Source: Macrostomum hystrix (taxonomy: Eukaryota; Animalia; Platyhelminthes). From it: DNA of 64,000 nt. The stretch lies in assembly GCA_950097015.1 (NCBI GenBank), contig CATNEN010000038.1, positions 30,194,001-30,258,000 on the forward strand, given 5' to 3'. How positions within the stretch are numbered: the first letter of the stretch is position 1; each line of letters opens with the position of its first letter. Under the pieces are notes generated by a model that saw nothing but the letters and a program-made list of their open reading frames with translations, was not told where the DNA came from and did no database searches. Of this stretch, positions 10,801 through 22,800 are shown piece after piece. The position numbers and the translations under genes are program-made.

Positions 10801-13800
10801 ATGACGGCGAAGTTTTTCTTCTTTAGCAACGGCGGCTTTGCGCAACGAGTCCCACCGGGTCTGCAACAGTTGCACCTGCGATTGCACCTCCTTGCGAGCA
10901 GCCGGACTCAATTCGGACTTGGCGCCATCATCGGCGCTGGTTGAGCTCAGTAGGGCGTCGGCTAATTCAAGAACGCAGCGAACATCCTCCTGATTGTCTG
11001 TCAGCTGTTCCGTGACAGCTTCGTGATCGCGATAGAGCCGGCGAGCTTCACGAACGAGAATTAGATCGGCTTCGGGCACCGGTTGGGCTGCGTTTCTGTT
11101 GTCAACGCCCGCTTCCAGAAGATCTTCCACCGACGAAGCCGTTGTCGGCGATGTTGGCGAAGACAGCACTAAATCTTCAGCTTCAAATAGCCAGCCTAGG
11201 CAACGCTCCAGCGAGTGCTGATAGTCTCGGAGTAGAGCTGGCTGCGGCTGCTGAGGCTGTGAAATTTTAGATAGAATTAATTTTTTGTCGTTGTTATTAG
11301 CCCACGGTGGTCCGGAGTTCAAATCTCAGCCCCAATGAAAGCAGTTTGTGTCTATAAAATTGGATACCAGCATCAGCTGGGGTAGAAATTTGGTGAATGT
11401 GACATCCCACCGTTCCAGTCCACGGACTAAACAGCTGTACGTCTGTGGACAGGTGAAAAATAATAGCTAGGGTTCGTAGTTTATCTAAATATATTGAGTT
11501 AAGACACGCCCTATTTTTACAGGAAGTTCAGTCTCGATATGTTAATTCTCTAAGGGATTAGCACACGAAAATTAAATAAATAAAGCCTAGGTAACAATGT
11601 TGCTTAGGAATAAAAAAAGAAAGCTGTTTTCTATAAAAATTCTCTAAATAGATGCTCTAAAATTCGATGCAACACCGGATGAGTGCCTTATCTCATCCAT
11701 CTGTCTCGCTGTGTGCAATAAGACTGGTTTCTTAAAGCTTAAATCATATCAAATTACAAGTTGCATAGTCTTAGTCTAGCATCAAGACTGACCCACAATG
11801 CTGAAAATCATTATATAAAAGCTAGCTATCACACATGAATCTGACTAAATCTAGCCCCATGTATCGACTCGAAATATATAGAAATATAGAATCCACAATG
11901 ATATTAATTCTTATTAGACTAGTTATCCTAACAGCCACTTTAACAGCATCACTAGCAATAGAGAAATCCTACGTCCAATTAATCAACCCAGCACTGCCGC
12001 ATGTTCAATTTCGTCTATTCGAAAACCAACCTGCGAAATCGCAGAGAGCGGCCGAAAGATTCTGTCGCAATGCAAGTTTAGCCCTGGTGGATGCTACGGA
12101 GGTTCGCTACATATGGAAACAGCTGCCCTATAATATGTCATTCTACTTGGGCAGTAGGATTGAAATGACTACAGATTATCCTGAGATTGCACGCGGTGAA
12201 GTTCTATGCTTTCCATTGCGTCGACAAAGCGGTGAGTCAGTTTTGACTAACGCAGTGTTTGACTGTGGCACTAAGGTCCGTGAGCTCGATTCCGCGACGA
12301 GGCCACATTCATTTGGGGCACAGCCACGGAGAGAAGGCTTGGGGTCTTATCGTGAGGGGCTTAACCTCCAAGGCACAGTGAAAGTGTACACTGCCTAAAG
12401 ATGAGAAAGTCAGGGCAGATGTACACACCCTGTGTGAGTGTGCCTGTGGCGGACTCTTAAGTCCTCGGACTGAACACAGCTGTGCACAGCTGGCCCAACT
12501 AGACTATGTGTCATTCCTATCTATATTTCTTATAAATATATATTAAACAGGGTTTTAATAGCCAATACTCGTATAAGCTGTAATATTTATTATTGGTTCA
12601 TAAGGACTTTGGAAGAATTCGAATGCTACTGTGCTTTGCGAATAATATTGCACTTAAGCTATAGAACACTGAAATTATAATGCATATTATAAGCGAATAG
12701 AAAATTCGGCATTGCCTTTCAATTAACTAATTGCGCATTTATATTCAAACGGACCTAGGACGAATTGGTCAGAAAAAAACGCTACAAAAGGCAAATATCC
12801 ATTTACTTAATTTCATTTGGTTCTATTCCGAATTCTGCGAACCAGTTCTGTCTAGAAACAGCTAATGCGCACTCAAAAATATTCTGTTTCTTCCTGGCTT
12901 GGCTACTAAAAATCTGCTATCGTTGCTGAAGAATGTAAATATTCAATTTATAGAACTGCATCTTTCCAGGTAATAGCGAAAGTCAACGGGACGCTCTGCA
13001 AACGGTTCTCTACTGGAGCAAGCCTGGCGGAGCAGCCGGCAGTTGCCTAGTCGACGTCACCAGCATCTTGTGCAAGAAACAGCTTAGACCAGCCCGAGGA
13101 ATTCACAACAATGCCACCAATGGCGGATGTCAACCAGTTGACAGTTTTGCCATAGCAACACCGGACGACAACGAAGCCATGGAGCAACAAAAGAAGAAGC
13201 AGCGATCGGAATCAGCGGATATTCAAGGCTTCGCATCTAGCAGTACGACGGTGTGCATGAGTGCTGCGCTGTTCTGGACACTAGCAGGTGGCGCGAGCGC
13301 TCTATTGTTGTCATTAGCAACGTCAACTATTATTTTGGCCGTATGCAGCGTAAAGTTTCGCAGACGCATCAACTTAGGAATGCTAAACGGCGACGGGTCT
13401 TTCGGCTATCGCTGCCTATCTAGGCAAGCTAGCGCTAGAATGATGCTTCAACAGGCTACAGCGGCGGTTGCTAAGCAACAACACCAGCGTAGCAACGGAG
13501 GCGGCGCCAATTTGGATACTGATGATGGCAGTTCTGGATTCTTTCTTTAGAAATGAAAAATGTTGACAAAAGCCGCTATCATAGTTACACAATTTCAAAT
13601 TTTATTCTGCACTTTTTTTAACTTAATTATCATAATAATGTTAGTTCTCACAAAGTTATATGAAGCTTATTGTATTCTTTGGCTATTTAAATTATTCATA
13701 ACATAATAATCTTGCACTATACACGCCTCTGTGACTATTTAATTTACACATTTTTCTAAATGTCTAATAGAAATAGAAAACACAGTTATTTACACACGTC

Positions 13801-16800
13801 AAAAATATGCTAGGATTCGAACTCAAGACCTCTATCATCTTGCCTTCGTAAACAATCATCTGCAAAAACGTACTAACTAAACCGCACATACTGCAGACTC
13901 GAAACTCCCATGGGCTTAGAATGGAAGCGAAAATATAATTTAGCGTTGTTCTTCTGTCACGAATTTTTTTTCTCGGTACAGAACAAAAATAAACACGAAT
14001 ATAGATTAGACTCAGAGCAGAAGAGCTAGCTATATTATCATGCACTGGCTCATTCTCTCATTAGCATAATTTATGAAGTGTCGTTCGCGGACTACACAAC
14101 ACAGCCAGCCAGTCAGTCAGCCCGTCTGGAAATCGGGACTAGAAAATTAAATTGCTTGTAGCTGACGGAAGGTTCTCACATGCACTCAGGTAATGAAGGG
14201 TCGCCTACTTCCCTAGCTTAGGAAAGAGAATTATGAGACTAGCTTAGGAAAGAGAATTAGGAGACTATCTTAGGAAAGAGAATTAGGAGACTAGCTTAGG
14301 AAAGAGAATTAGGAGACTAGCTTAGGAAAGAGAATTATGAGACTAGCTTAGGAAAGAGAATTAGGAGACTAGCTTAGGAAAGAGAATTAGGAGACTGGCT
14401 TAGGAAAGAGAATTAGGAGACTGGCTTAGGAAAGATAATTAGGAGACTAGCTAAGGAAAGATAATTAGGAGACTAGTTTAGGAAAGAGAATTAGGAGACT
14501 AGCTTAGGAAAGAGAATTAGGAGACTAGCTTAGGAAAGATAATTAGAAGACTAGCTTAGGAAAGAGAATTAGGAGACTAGTTTATGAAAGAGAATTAGGA
14601 GACTAGCTTAGGAAAGATAATTAGGAGACTAGCTTAGGAAAGATAATTAGAAGACTAGCTTAGGAAAGAGAATTAGGAGACTAGTTTAGGAAAGAGAATT
14701 AGGAGACTAGCTTAGGAAGAAGAATTAGGAGACTAGCTTAGGAAAGATAATTAGGAGACTAGCTTAGGAAATAGAATTAGGAGACTAGCTTAGGAAAGAT
14801 AATTAGGAGACTAGCTTAGGAAAGAGAATTAGGAGACTAGTTTATGAAAGAGAATTAGGAGACTAGCTTAGGAAAGCGAATTAGGAGACTAGCTTTGGAA
14901 AGAGAATTAGGAGACTAGCTTAGGAAAGAGAATTAGTAGACTAGCTTAGGAAAGAGAATTAGGAGACTAGCTTAGGAAAGAGAATTAGGAGACTAGATTA
15001 GGAAAGAGAATTAGGAGACTAGCTTAGGAAAGATAATTAGGAGACTAGCTTAGGAAAGATAATTAGAAGACTAGCTTAGGAAAGAGAATTAGGAGACTAG
15101 CTTAGGAAATAGAATTAGGAGACTAGCTTAAGAAAGATAATTAGAAGACTAGCTTAGGAAAGAGAATTAGGAGACTAGCTTAGGAAGAAGAATTAGGAGA
15201 CTAGCTTAGGAAAGATAATTATAAGACTAGCTTAGGAAAGATAATTAGGAGACTAGCTTAGGAAAGAGAATTAGGAGACTAGCTTAGGAAAGATAATTAT
15301 GAGACTAAATTAGGAAAGAGAATTAGGAGACTAGCTTAGGAAATGAGAATTAGGAGACTAGCTTAGGAAAGAGAATTAGGAGACTAGCTTAGGAAAGCGA
15401 ATTAGGAGACTAGCTTAGGAAAGAGAATTAGGAGACTAGCTTAGGAAAGAGAATTAGGAGACTAGCTTAGGAAAGAGAATTAGGAGACTAGATTAGGAAA
15501 GAGAATTAGGAGACTAGCTTAGGAAAGATAATTAGGAGACTAGCTTAGGAAAGATAATTAGGAGACTAGCTTAGGAAAGAGAATTAGGAGACTAGCTTAG
15601 GAAATAGAATTAGGAGACTAGATTAGGAAAGATAATTAGGAGACTAGCTTAGGAAAGAGAATTAGGAGACTAGCTTAGGAAAGATAATTAGGAGACTAAA
15701 TTAGGAAAGAGAATTAGGAGACTAGCTTAGGAAATGAGAATTAGGAGACTAGTTTATGAAAGAGAATTAGGAGACTAGCTTAGGAAAGCGAATTAGGAGA
15801 CTAGCTTAGGAAAGAGAATTAGGAGACTATCTTAGGAAAGAGAATTAGGAGACTAGCTTAGGAAAGAGAATTAGGAGACTAGCTTAGGAAAGAGAATTAT
15901 GAGACTAGCTTAGGAAAGAGAATTAGGAGACTAGCTTAGGAAAGAGAATTAGGAGACTGGCTTAGGAAAGAGAATTAGGAGACTGGCTTAGGAAAGATAA
16001 TTAGGAGACTAGCTAAGGAAAGATAATTAGGAGACTAGTTTAGGAAAGAGAATTAGGAGACTAGCTTAGGAAAGAGAATTAGGAGACTAGCTTAGGAAAG
16101 ATAATTAGAAGACTAGCTTAGGAAAGAGAATTAGGAGACTAGTTTATGAAAGAGAATTAGGAGACTAGCTTAGGAAAGATAATTAGGAGACTAGCTTAGG
16201 AAAGATAATTAGAAGACTAGCTTAGGAAAGAGAATTAGGAGACTAGTTTAGGAAAGAGAATTAGGAGACTAGCTTAGGAAGAAGAATTAGGAGACTAGCT
16301 TAGGAAAGATAATTAGGAGACTAGCTTAGGAAATAGAATTAGGAGACTAGCTTAGGAAAGATAATTAGGAGACTAGCTTAGGAAAGAGAATTAGGAGACT
16401 AGTTTATGAAAGAGAATTAGGAGACTAGCTTAGGAAAGCGAATTAGGAGACTAGCTTTGGAAAGAGAATTAGGAGACTAGCTTAGGAAAGAGAATTAGTA
16501 GACTAGCTTAGGAAAGAGAATTAGGAGACTAGCTTAGGAAAGAGAATTAGGAGACTAGCTTAGGAAAGAGAATTAGGAGACTAGATTAGGAAAGAGAATT
16601 AGGAGACTAGCTTAGGAAAGATAATTAGGAGACTAGCTTAGGAAAGATAATTAGAAGACTAGCTTAGGAAAGAGAATTAGGAGACTAGCTTAGGAAATAG
16701 AATTAGGAGACTAGCTTAAGAAAGATAATTAGAAGACTAGCTTAGGAAAGAGAATTAGGAGACTAGCTTAGGAAGAAGAATTAGGAGACTAGCTTAGGAA

Positions 16801-19800
16801 AGATAATTATAAGACTAGCTTAGGAAAGATAATTAGGAGACTAGCTTAGGAAAGAGAATTAGGAGACTAGCTTAGGAAAGATAATTATGAGACTAAATTA
16901 GGAAAGAGAATTAGGAGACTAGCTTAGGAAATGAGAATTAGGAGACTAGCTTAGGAAAGAGAATTAGGAGACTAGCTTAGGAAAGCGAATTAGGAGACTA
17001 GCTTAGGAAAGAGAATTAGGAGACTAGCTTAGGAAAGAGAATTAGGAGACTAGCTTAGGAAAGAGAATTAGGAGACTAGATTAGGAAAGAGAATTAGGAG
17101 ACTAGCTTAGGAAAGATAATTAGGAGACTAGCTTAGGAAAGATAATTAGGAGACTAGCTTAGGAAAGAGAATTAGGAGACTAGCTTAGGAAATAGAATTA
17201 GGAGACTAGATTAGGAAAGATAATTAGGAGACTAGCTTAGGAAAGAGAATTAGGAGACTAGCTTAGGAAAGATAATTAGGAGACTAAATTAGGAAAGAGA
17301 ATTAGGAGACTAGCTTAGGAAATGAGAATTAGGAGACTAGTTTATGAAAGAGAATTAGGAGACTAGCTTAGGAAAGCGAATTAGGAGACTAGCTTTGGAA
17401 AGAGAATTAGGAGACTAGCTTAGGAAAGAGAATTAGGAGACTAGCTTAGGAAAGAGAATTAGGAGACTAGCTTAGGAAAGAGAATTAGGAGACTAGCTTA
17501 GGAAAGCGAATTAGGAGACTAGCTTAGGAAAGAGAATTAGGAGACTAAATTAGGAAAGAGAATTAGGAGACTAGCTTAGGAAAGCGAATTAGGAGACTAG
17601 CTTAGGAAAGAGAATTAGGAGACTAGCTTAGGAAAGAGAATTAGGAGACTAGCTTAGGAAAGAGAATTAGGAGACTAGCTTAGGAAAGAGAATTAGGAGA
17701 CTAGCTTAGGAAATAGAATTCGGAAACTAGCTTAGGAAAGAGAATTAGGAGACTAGATTAGGAAAGGAGAATTAGGAGACTAGTTTATGAAAGAGAATTA
17801 GGAGACTAGATTAGGAAAGAGAATTAGGAGACTAGATTAGGAAAGGAGAATTAGGAGACTAGCTTAGGAAATACAATTAGGAAACTAGCTTAGGAAAGAG
17901 AATTAGGAGACTAGATTAGGAAAGGAGAATTAGGAGACTAGCTTAGGAAAGAGAATTAGAAAAGAGAATTAGGAGAGTTGCTTAGGAAAGAGAATCAAGA
18001 GACTAGCTTAATATAGTTTTTAGAGGATTATCAATAAAGAACGAAAATGAACAATCCTTAATATGTTGAAAAAATGGTTTTAAAACGCCTACCAGCTTTT
18101 TAACTCCACTGGCTTCTGTCTGGGCTGGCAATGACAGCGCAGCTTCTAGCTTGGCAGCCGGAGGGCTAGATGGCGGAGACGACGACTGGTTCTCGCTGGC
18201 AAATACATTCTCGCGCATCAATAGCAGGTAGACCGACACAGATTTTTTATCAGGTGTCGGCGACAGAAGCAGATCTAGTGAGAGTAGGGATGACAGTCGT
18301 TTTGTTTTATACTTAAGCCACACCTGTTCTAATTGTTCTGCTTTCAAACCTGTTTTAATTAGTTTTTCTTCACACCTGCTTAAATTAGCTTTTCTTCACA
18401 CCTGTTTTAACTAGATTTAACTTTACACCTGTTCTAATTAGCTTTTCTTCACACCCGTTTAATTAGCTTTTCTTCACACCTGTTTTAACTAGATTTAACT
18501 TTACACCTGTTCTAATTAGCTTCTCTTCACACCCGTTTAATTAGCTTTTCTTCACACCTGTTTTAAATACTTAGCTTTTACAGCGTTTTAATAACGTTGC
18601 AAATTACACCTGTTTTAATTGCCCTTTCTCAACACCTGATTGAAAATATAATAACTTTTCATTTTTACCTGCTTGAATCCGTATACCAAAACTTAAACTA
18701 TCTTGAACTCCGTTTTTGATATCTACAAATGATTTACTTTTCACTTCACAACTCTTAAATAATTGTTATCTAGTTTTATCTATCTAATTTTCACACCTAC
18801 AGATAATTGGGGGTCAGTTTCACACCTCTGCCATAAAGTGATGAGTAATTAATGACAAAGCCAGTTCTCACCGTCCACATCCAGCAGCGCGGGCACACCG
18901 AACTCTAACCGACCCAGGTGAAAGGCTAGGGCCAAATTATCAGCCGGAGTCTTTTTTAATCGATCATTGAAGACAAACAGCTCCGATCTAGCTGAGTGCA
19001 GTATGGCCAGAAAGCCTAGCCCGTCCTTCCAGCTGACAGTCAGATTGGCGATGTGAACACCGGGGTAGCCGCGACAGCGCTCCTGACACCAGTCTAACAG
19101 AGAGCTCTCAGAATCATCGCTATACCAAGCCTGCAGTACTGTCCAAACTAGGCTCAGAGTAGCTTTAGGCCGGCCCTGCAGCACCTGATCGGTGTCTAAT
19201 CTAGTTAGATCTACGCGAAAGTTATCCTGCATCAACTGTTTACTGCGCTCAATTAGGCGTCTGGCGTCGGCCTCGTTAGCTGCTAGAACTCGGCCAGCTT
19301 CAGGCACTGGATTGGCGGTCAGGTAGCAGACTAGACAGAATAGGCGCGCTCCGTCGCGCAGATCGGCGTACAGATCCGACACCTGCAGGCGACTATCTGG
19401 GTCGTCGAATCCCTGGGTGCGATTCGGCGGCGGTAGGGGGTTTGGTGAGATATGAACAGTATAGAACTACAAGGGAAATTCCCCCTGACAGTTGTTTGTG
19501 CTGCACCCGAACGGAGCAAAGCAAGCACACGAAACTCAAGAACACGGGCCAACTTTTTGTTGCACATCTTCTGCAACTACAATCAAGTCGCCAGCTCTTC
19601 AGACCTTCAGGATAGTCTATGGTTCTGCCCGAAGGTCGGATTTTTCCCCATTAGCGCTAGTGTATTTCATACACCCCTATACACGAATTAGCACTGCGCC
19701 TCAGTGCGGCCTTAAATATTTATCAGCATGTCACCCAAATGTGCCTGCATCATCTCCGTCTTCGGTGGTCACCTACCTTTATCTAGACGGATTTGCTGGA

Positions 19801-22800
19801 CCTTTAATGGCTACAACAGGTGGAACTATTGGCTACAACAGGTGGCCACTATGGACACTCTGACGCGAATTTATCCAATTTCACAGATCAAGCCTAAATA
19901 CTAGGCGCAGCTCAACCACAGGACACCATCGCCTAGCCTGTCAACCAATCAGTAACCACCCAACGTTGTTAGGAAATGTTACGCAGGTTGTAAGGAGGTG
20001 CAAGCTAAATTAAAAGATATAAAAAGGACAGAGATGGGCAGATGAAAATAAAGATGAGAGGAGAGGTAAGAGAATGAGATTCAGAAAGTACAGGACTTAC
20101 AGGTGAGAAATGGATACATGAGAAACAGATGAATGAGAGGAGATATGAAAGGGTAGTACAAGCATGCATTAGCTAGTGACTGCGCATGGTCTCCAGAGAA
20201 ATCAATCGACGACTGACAATTTTGAAGTGAATTGTCACACGAAAAATATTAAAAAGACACACATCAATCATTTGGATTTAAATTAAAACTCACTTTAGCA
20301 AGCTGATAGTTAATCCATCTAGTGAGCACTTTCTTCTGTGTCTCCAGGCTCTGCTCTGGATGCGAGATGAGAGAATGAAATTACAATCTAGTGTGTAAGC
20401 ATAAAAATAATGATAATGATACGAGAATAACATAAGTACTTAAAGAAACACAACAGTGGCATCTTTGCAAATTAGTCATAGAAAAAGCAAGTAGCTAATT
20501 AAATAAGCGAGTTTTTTTAATAACAAAACACAAAAAAATTCTGAATCTATTGAAAAGCCTAAAATTGTTTTTGTTTTCTTTTAATCTCGAAGCACCTCAC
20601 ATTGTCCAAGCAGATTAGTCCAACTGATTAACCAAATGTGTATTTAAATTAATATTCGATCTATTACAAACTCTTCGAAGCAGACGATAGCACAGCCGCA
20701 GCTATTGCGCGGCGCATCTGATGGCATGTGTACGGCTGTTCAGTCCATGGACCGGGGGGACGCCACACCCACCTTAAATTACCCCATCTAATGCTGGTAC
20801 CCATTTAACAGCTGGGTGAAGTGAAGCAATGCAGAGTTAAGTGCCTTGCTAAAGGACACAAACTCATACCAGTGGTGTCGGGAATCGAACCCCGACCTTC
20901 AAGTCGTGAGTCTAACATTCTAACCACCGCAACAACCACTACAACTCTCGTTACTAAGTAGCTACACTAACAAGCAAATTTGTTCAATTATACAAGCGAA
21001 ATAAAGTTGCGTTACAAGAGTGAGCAAGCTGTAACGAATGTAACGAATGAAAAAATAAACGAAATGTTATGTAGTATATTATTCGCGAGTCCATAGCTTT
21101 TCGCATTTGATTTAGGTAAACAAGCGTTTAATTTATGATTGAAAGATCAAACTATTAACCGTAGAAAGCTATTCATTCCCACTCGTCGAGATATTCAGCG
21201 TTTATTGTCGAAGACCTTGATGATAAGGACAACTAATACACGAATTATATTGATGGTTTTAGCAACCAGACACCGTGACGAAACTCGTTGAATGTTTCGT
21301 GATTTTTGAAGTTGTTTCATCGGATATAGCGGAAAATTTAAGCACGTGTTCTGCATTTCTTAAAAATGCCATAGACAATAAACGATGTCAGTTAGAGAGA
21401 TAAGGATTTCGGATTTCTTAAAATAGAACGCAAATAGATATAATACGAGTATATTCATTGCCAAATAATTATCATAACAACACAAGGCAGTATTATAAAA
21501 TGCAAAAAAATATCTAAACTGAAAATGGAAATATTAAACTCAAATGAAAGCATTAGTCTAATAATTAGTAGATTTGCCTGGGAAAATTCCACCCAGATAT
21601 TTACTTGGAAGGAAATTCAATTGCAACACGGCCCCCAAGCGAATAAAGTATGCGCGTCTTCAGAAACTCGAGATATTCAACGATTCTGCAAAAAGGACCA
21701 CTTTTTTGGAAATAAGCACCACTTTTGACAAGCGTTTAAACTTCATGAGCTGGCAAGCAAGACCTGTATATATCATCCCAGCCTTCTGTGTCTGATCTCA
21801 TACTAGGCGAAGCTTCTAGAACTTCAACTGGTGCCACCGTCTGATATAACACACAGGGTTGCGCTTCCCAAGGCTGCGTACAGCTGTTCAGTCCATGGAC
21901 TGTGGAGGTTGATAAAAAACGCATCCAAATTTCAACCGCAGCTGATGCGGGAATCCAATTTACAGCTAGGTTAACTGGATAATTAAGCTAATATTTTAAT
22001 TCCCGACCTCTTGATTAAAAGCCTGAAGCTACAAAGACTAGTCTCCTACTGCTAATAATAATAATTGACACTAGACCCAAGGGCCAGTGCAGGTGTTGTG
22101 TCAGGCACACTAGCAGGTGGGACTGCACACCTATTGTACTCCCCGGCTCTCTCGGACACCGGTTGACAGCCGCGTGTCAGCAATGGAAATTATTTTTTCC
22201 AAACATATCGGCAGCATCCAAACCCCACTGAATTGCCGCACAGAAACTGCTTTATTCCACGCCAGCCAGAATTATTATTACTCGACGAAATGTCGGTGCT
22301 CATTTGCAGCTGAGTAGACTGTGTGCACATCAGGGCAAAGCAGCTTGCCAAAGGCTGCACGAATAGTTCTAGACTAGGTCGGGAGTCGAACCCAGGACCA
22401 TCTGATCCAGAGTCCGACACCTTACTGACTGAGCTATCCGCCCTTAAATTGCTAATAGCTCTTTATTAATCTATACAAACATTCAAGAGCATATCATTTG
22501 AAAAGGAAAACTCATTTTTTCTAATATAAGCGTAGGTTTGATGTAAAACGGATTTTGTTAATACGAAACTTCTAAGGAAAAAAAATTAAAACGAGAGAAT
22601 GGAAAGTTTAGCAGGTTCATATTTCTAGTTCTGAGTTTTTGACAGCCAGCAGCAGCTCTCTCTCACCTTCCAAGCCAGTTTGCAGCGCCGATGGCAACAG
22701 TAACTGGGCCAAGTTGAGAAACGTGAGCATTTCTTTTAACTCAGATACATTATTGCTTTTTTACAGCCATTAAAGAAACGTCCAGACTTAAGAACACTGC

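Noticed and set aside
14213-18005. Interstitial telomere
   Set aside because: The words are TTAGGA inside a 26-bp unit, not tandem TTAGGG.
22370-22445. tRNA genes at SINE heads (also about 20870-20935 and 39212-39280)
   Set aside because: A and B boxes are present but there is no complete cloverleaf, and each continues into a SINE body.
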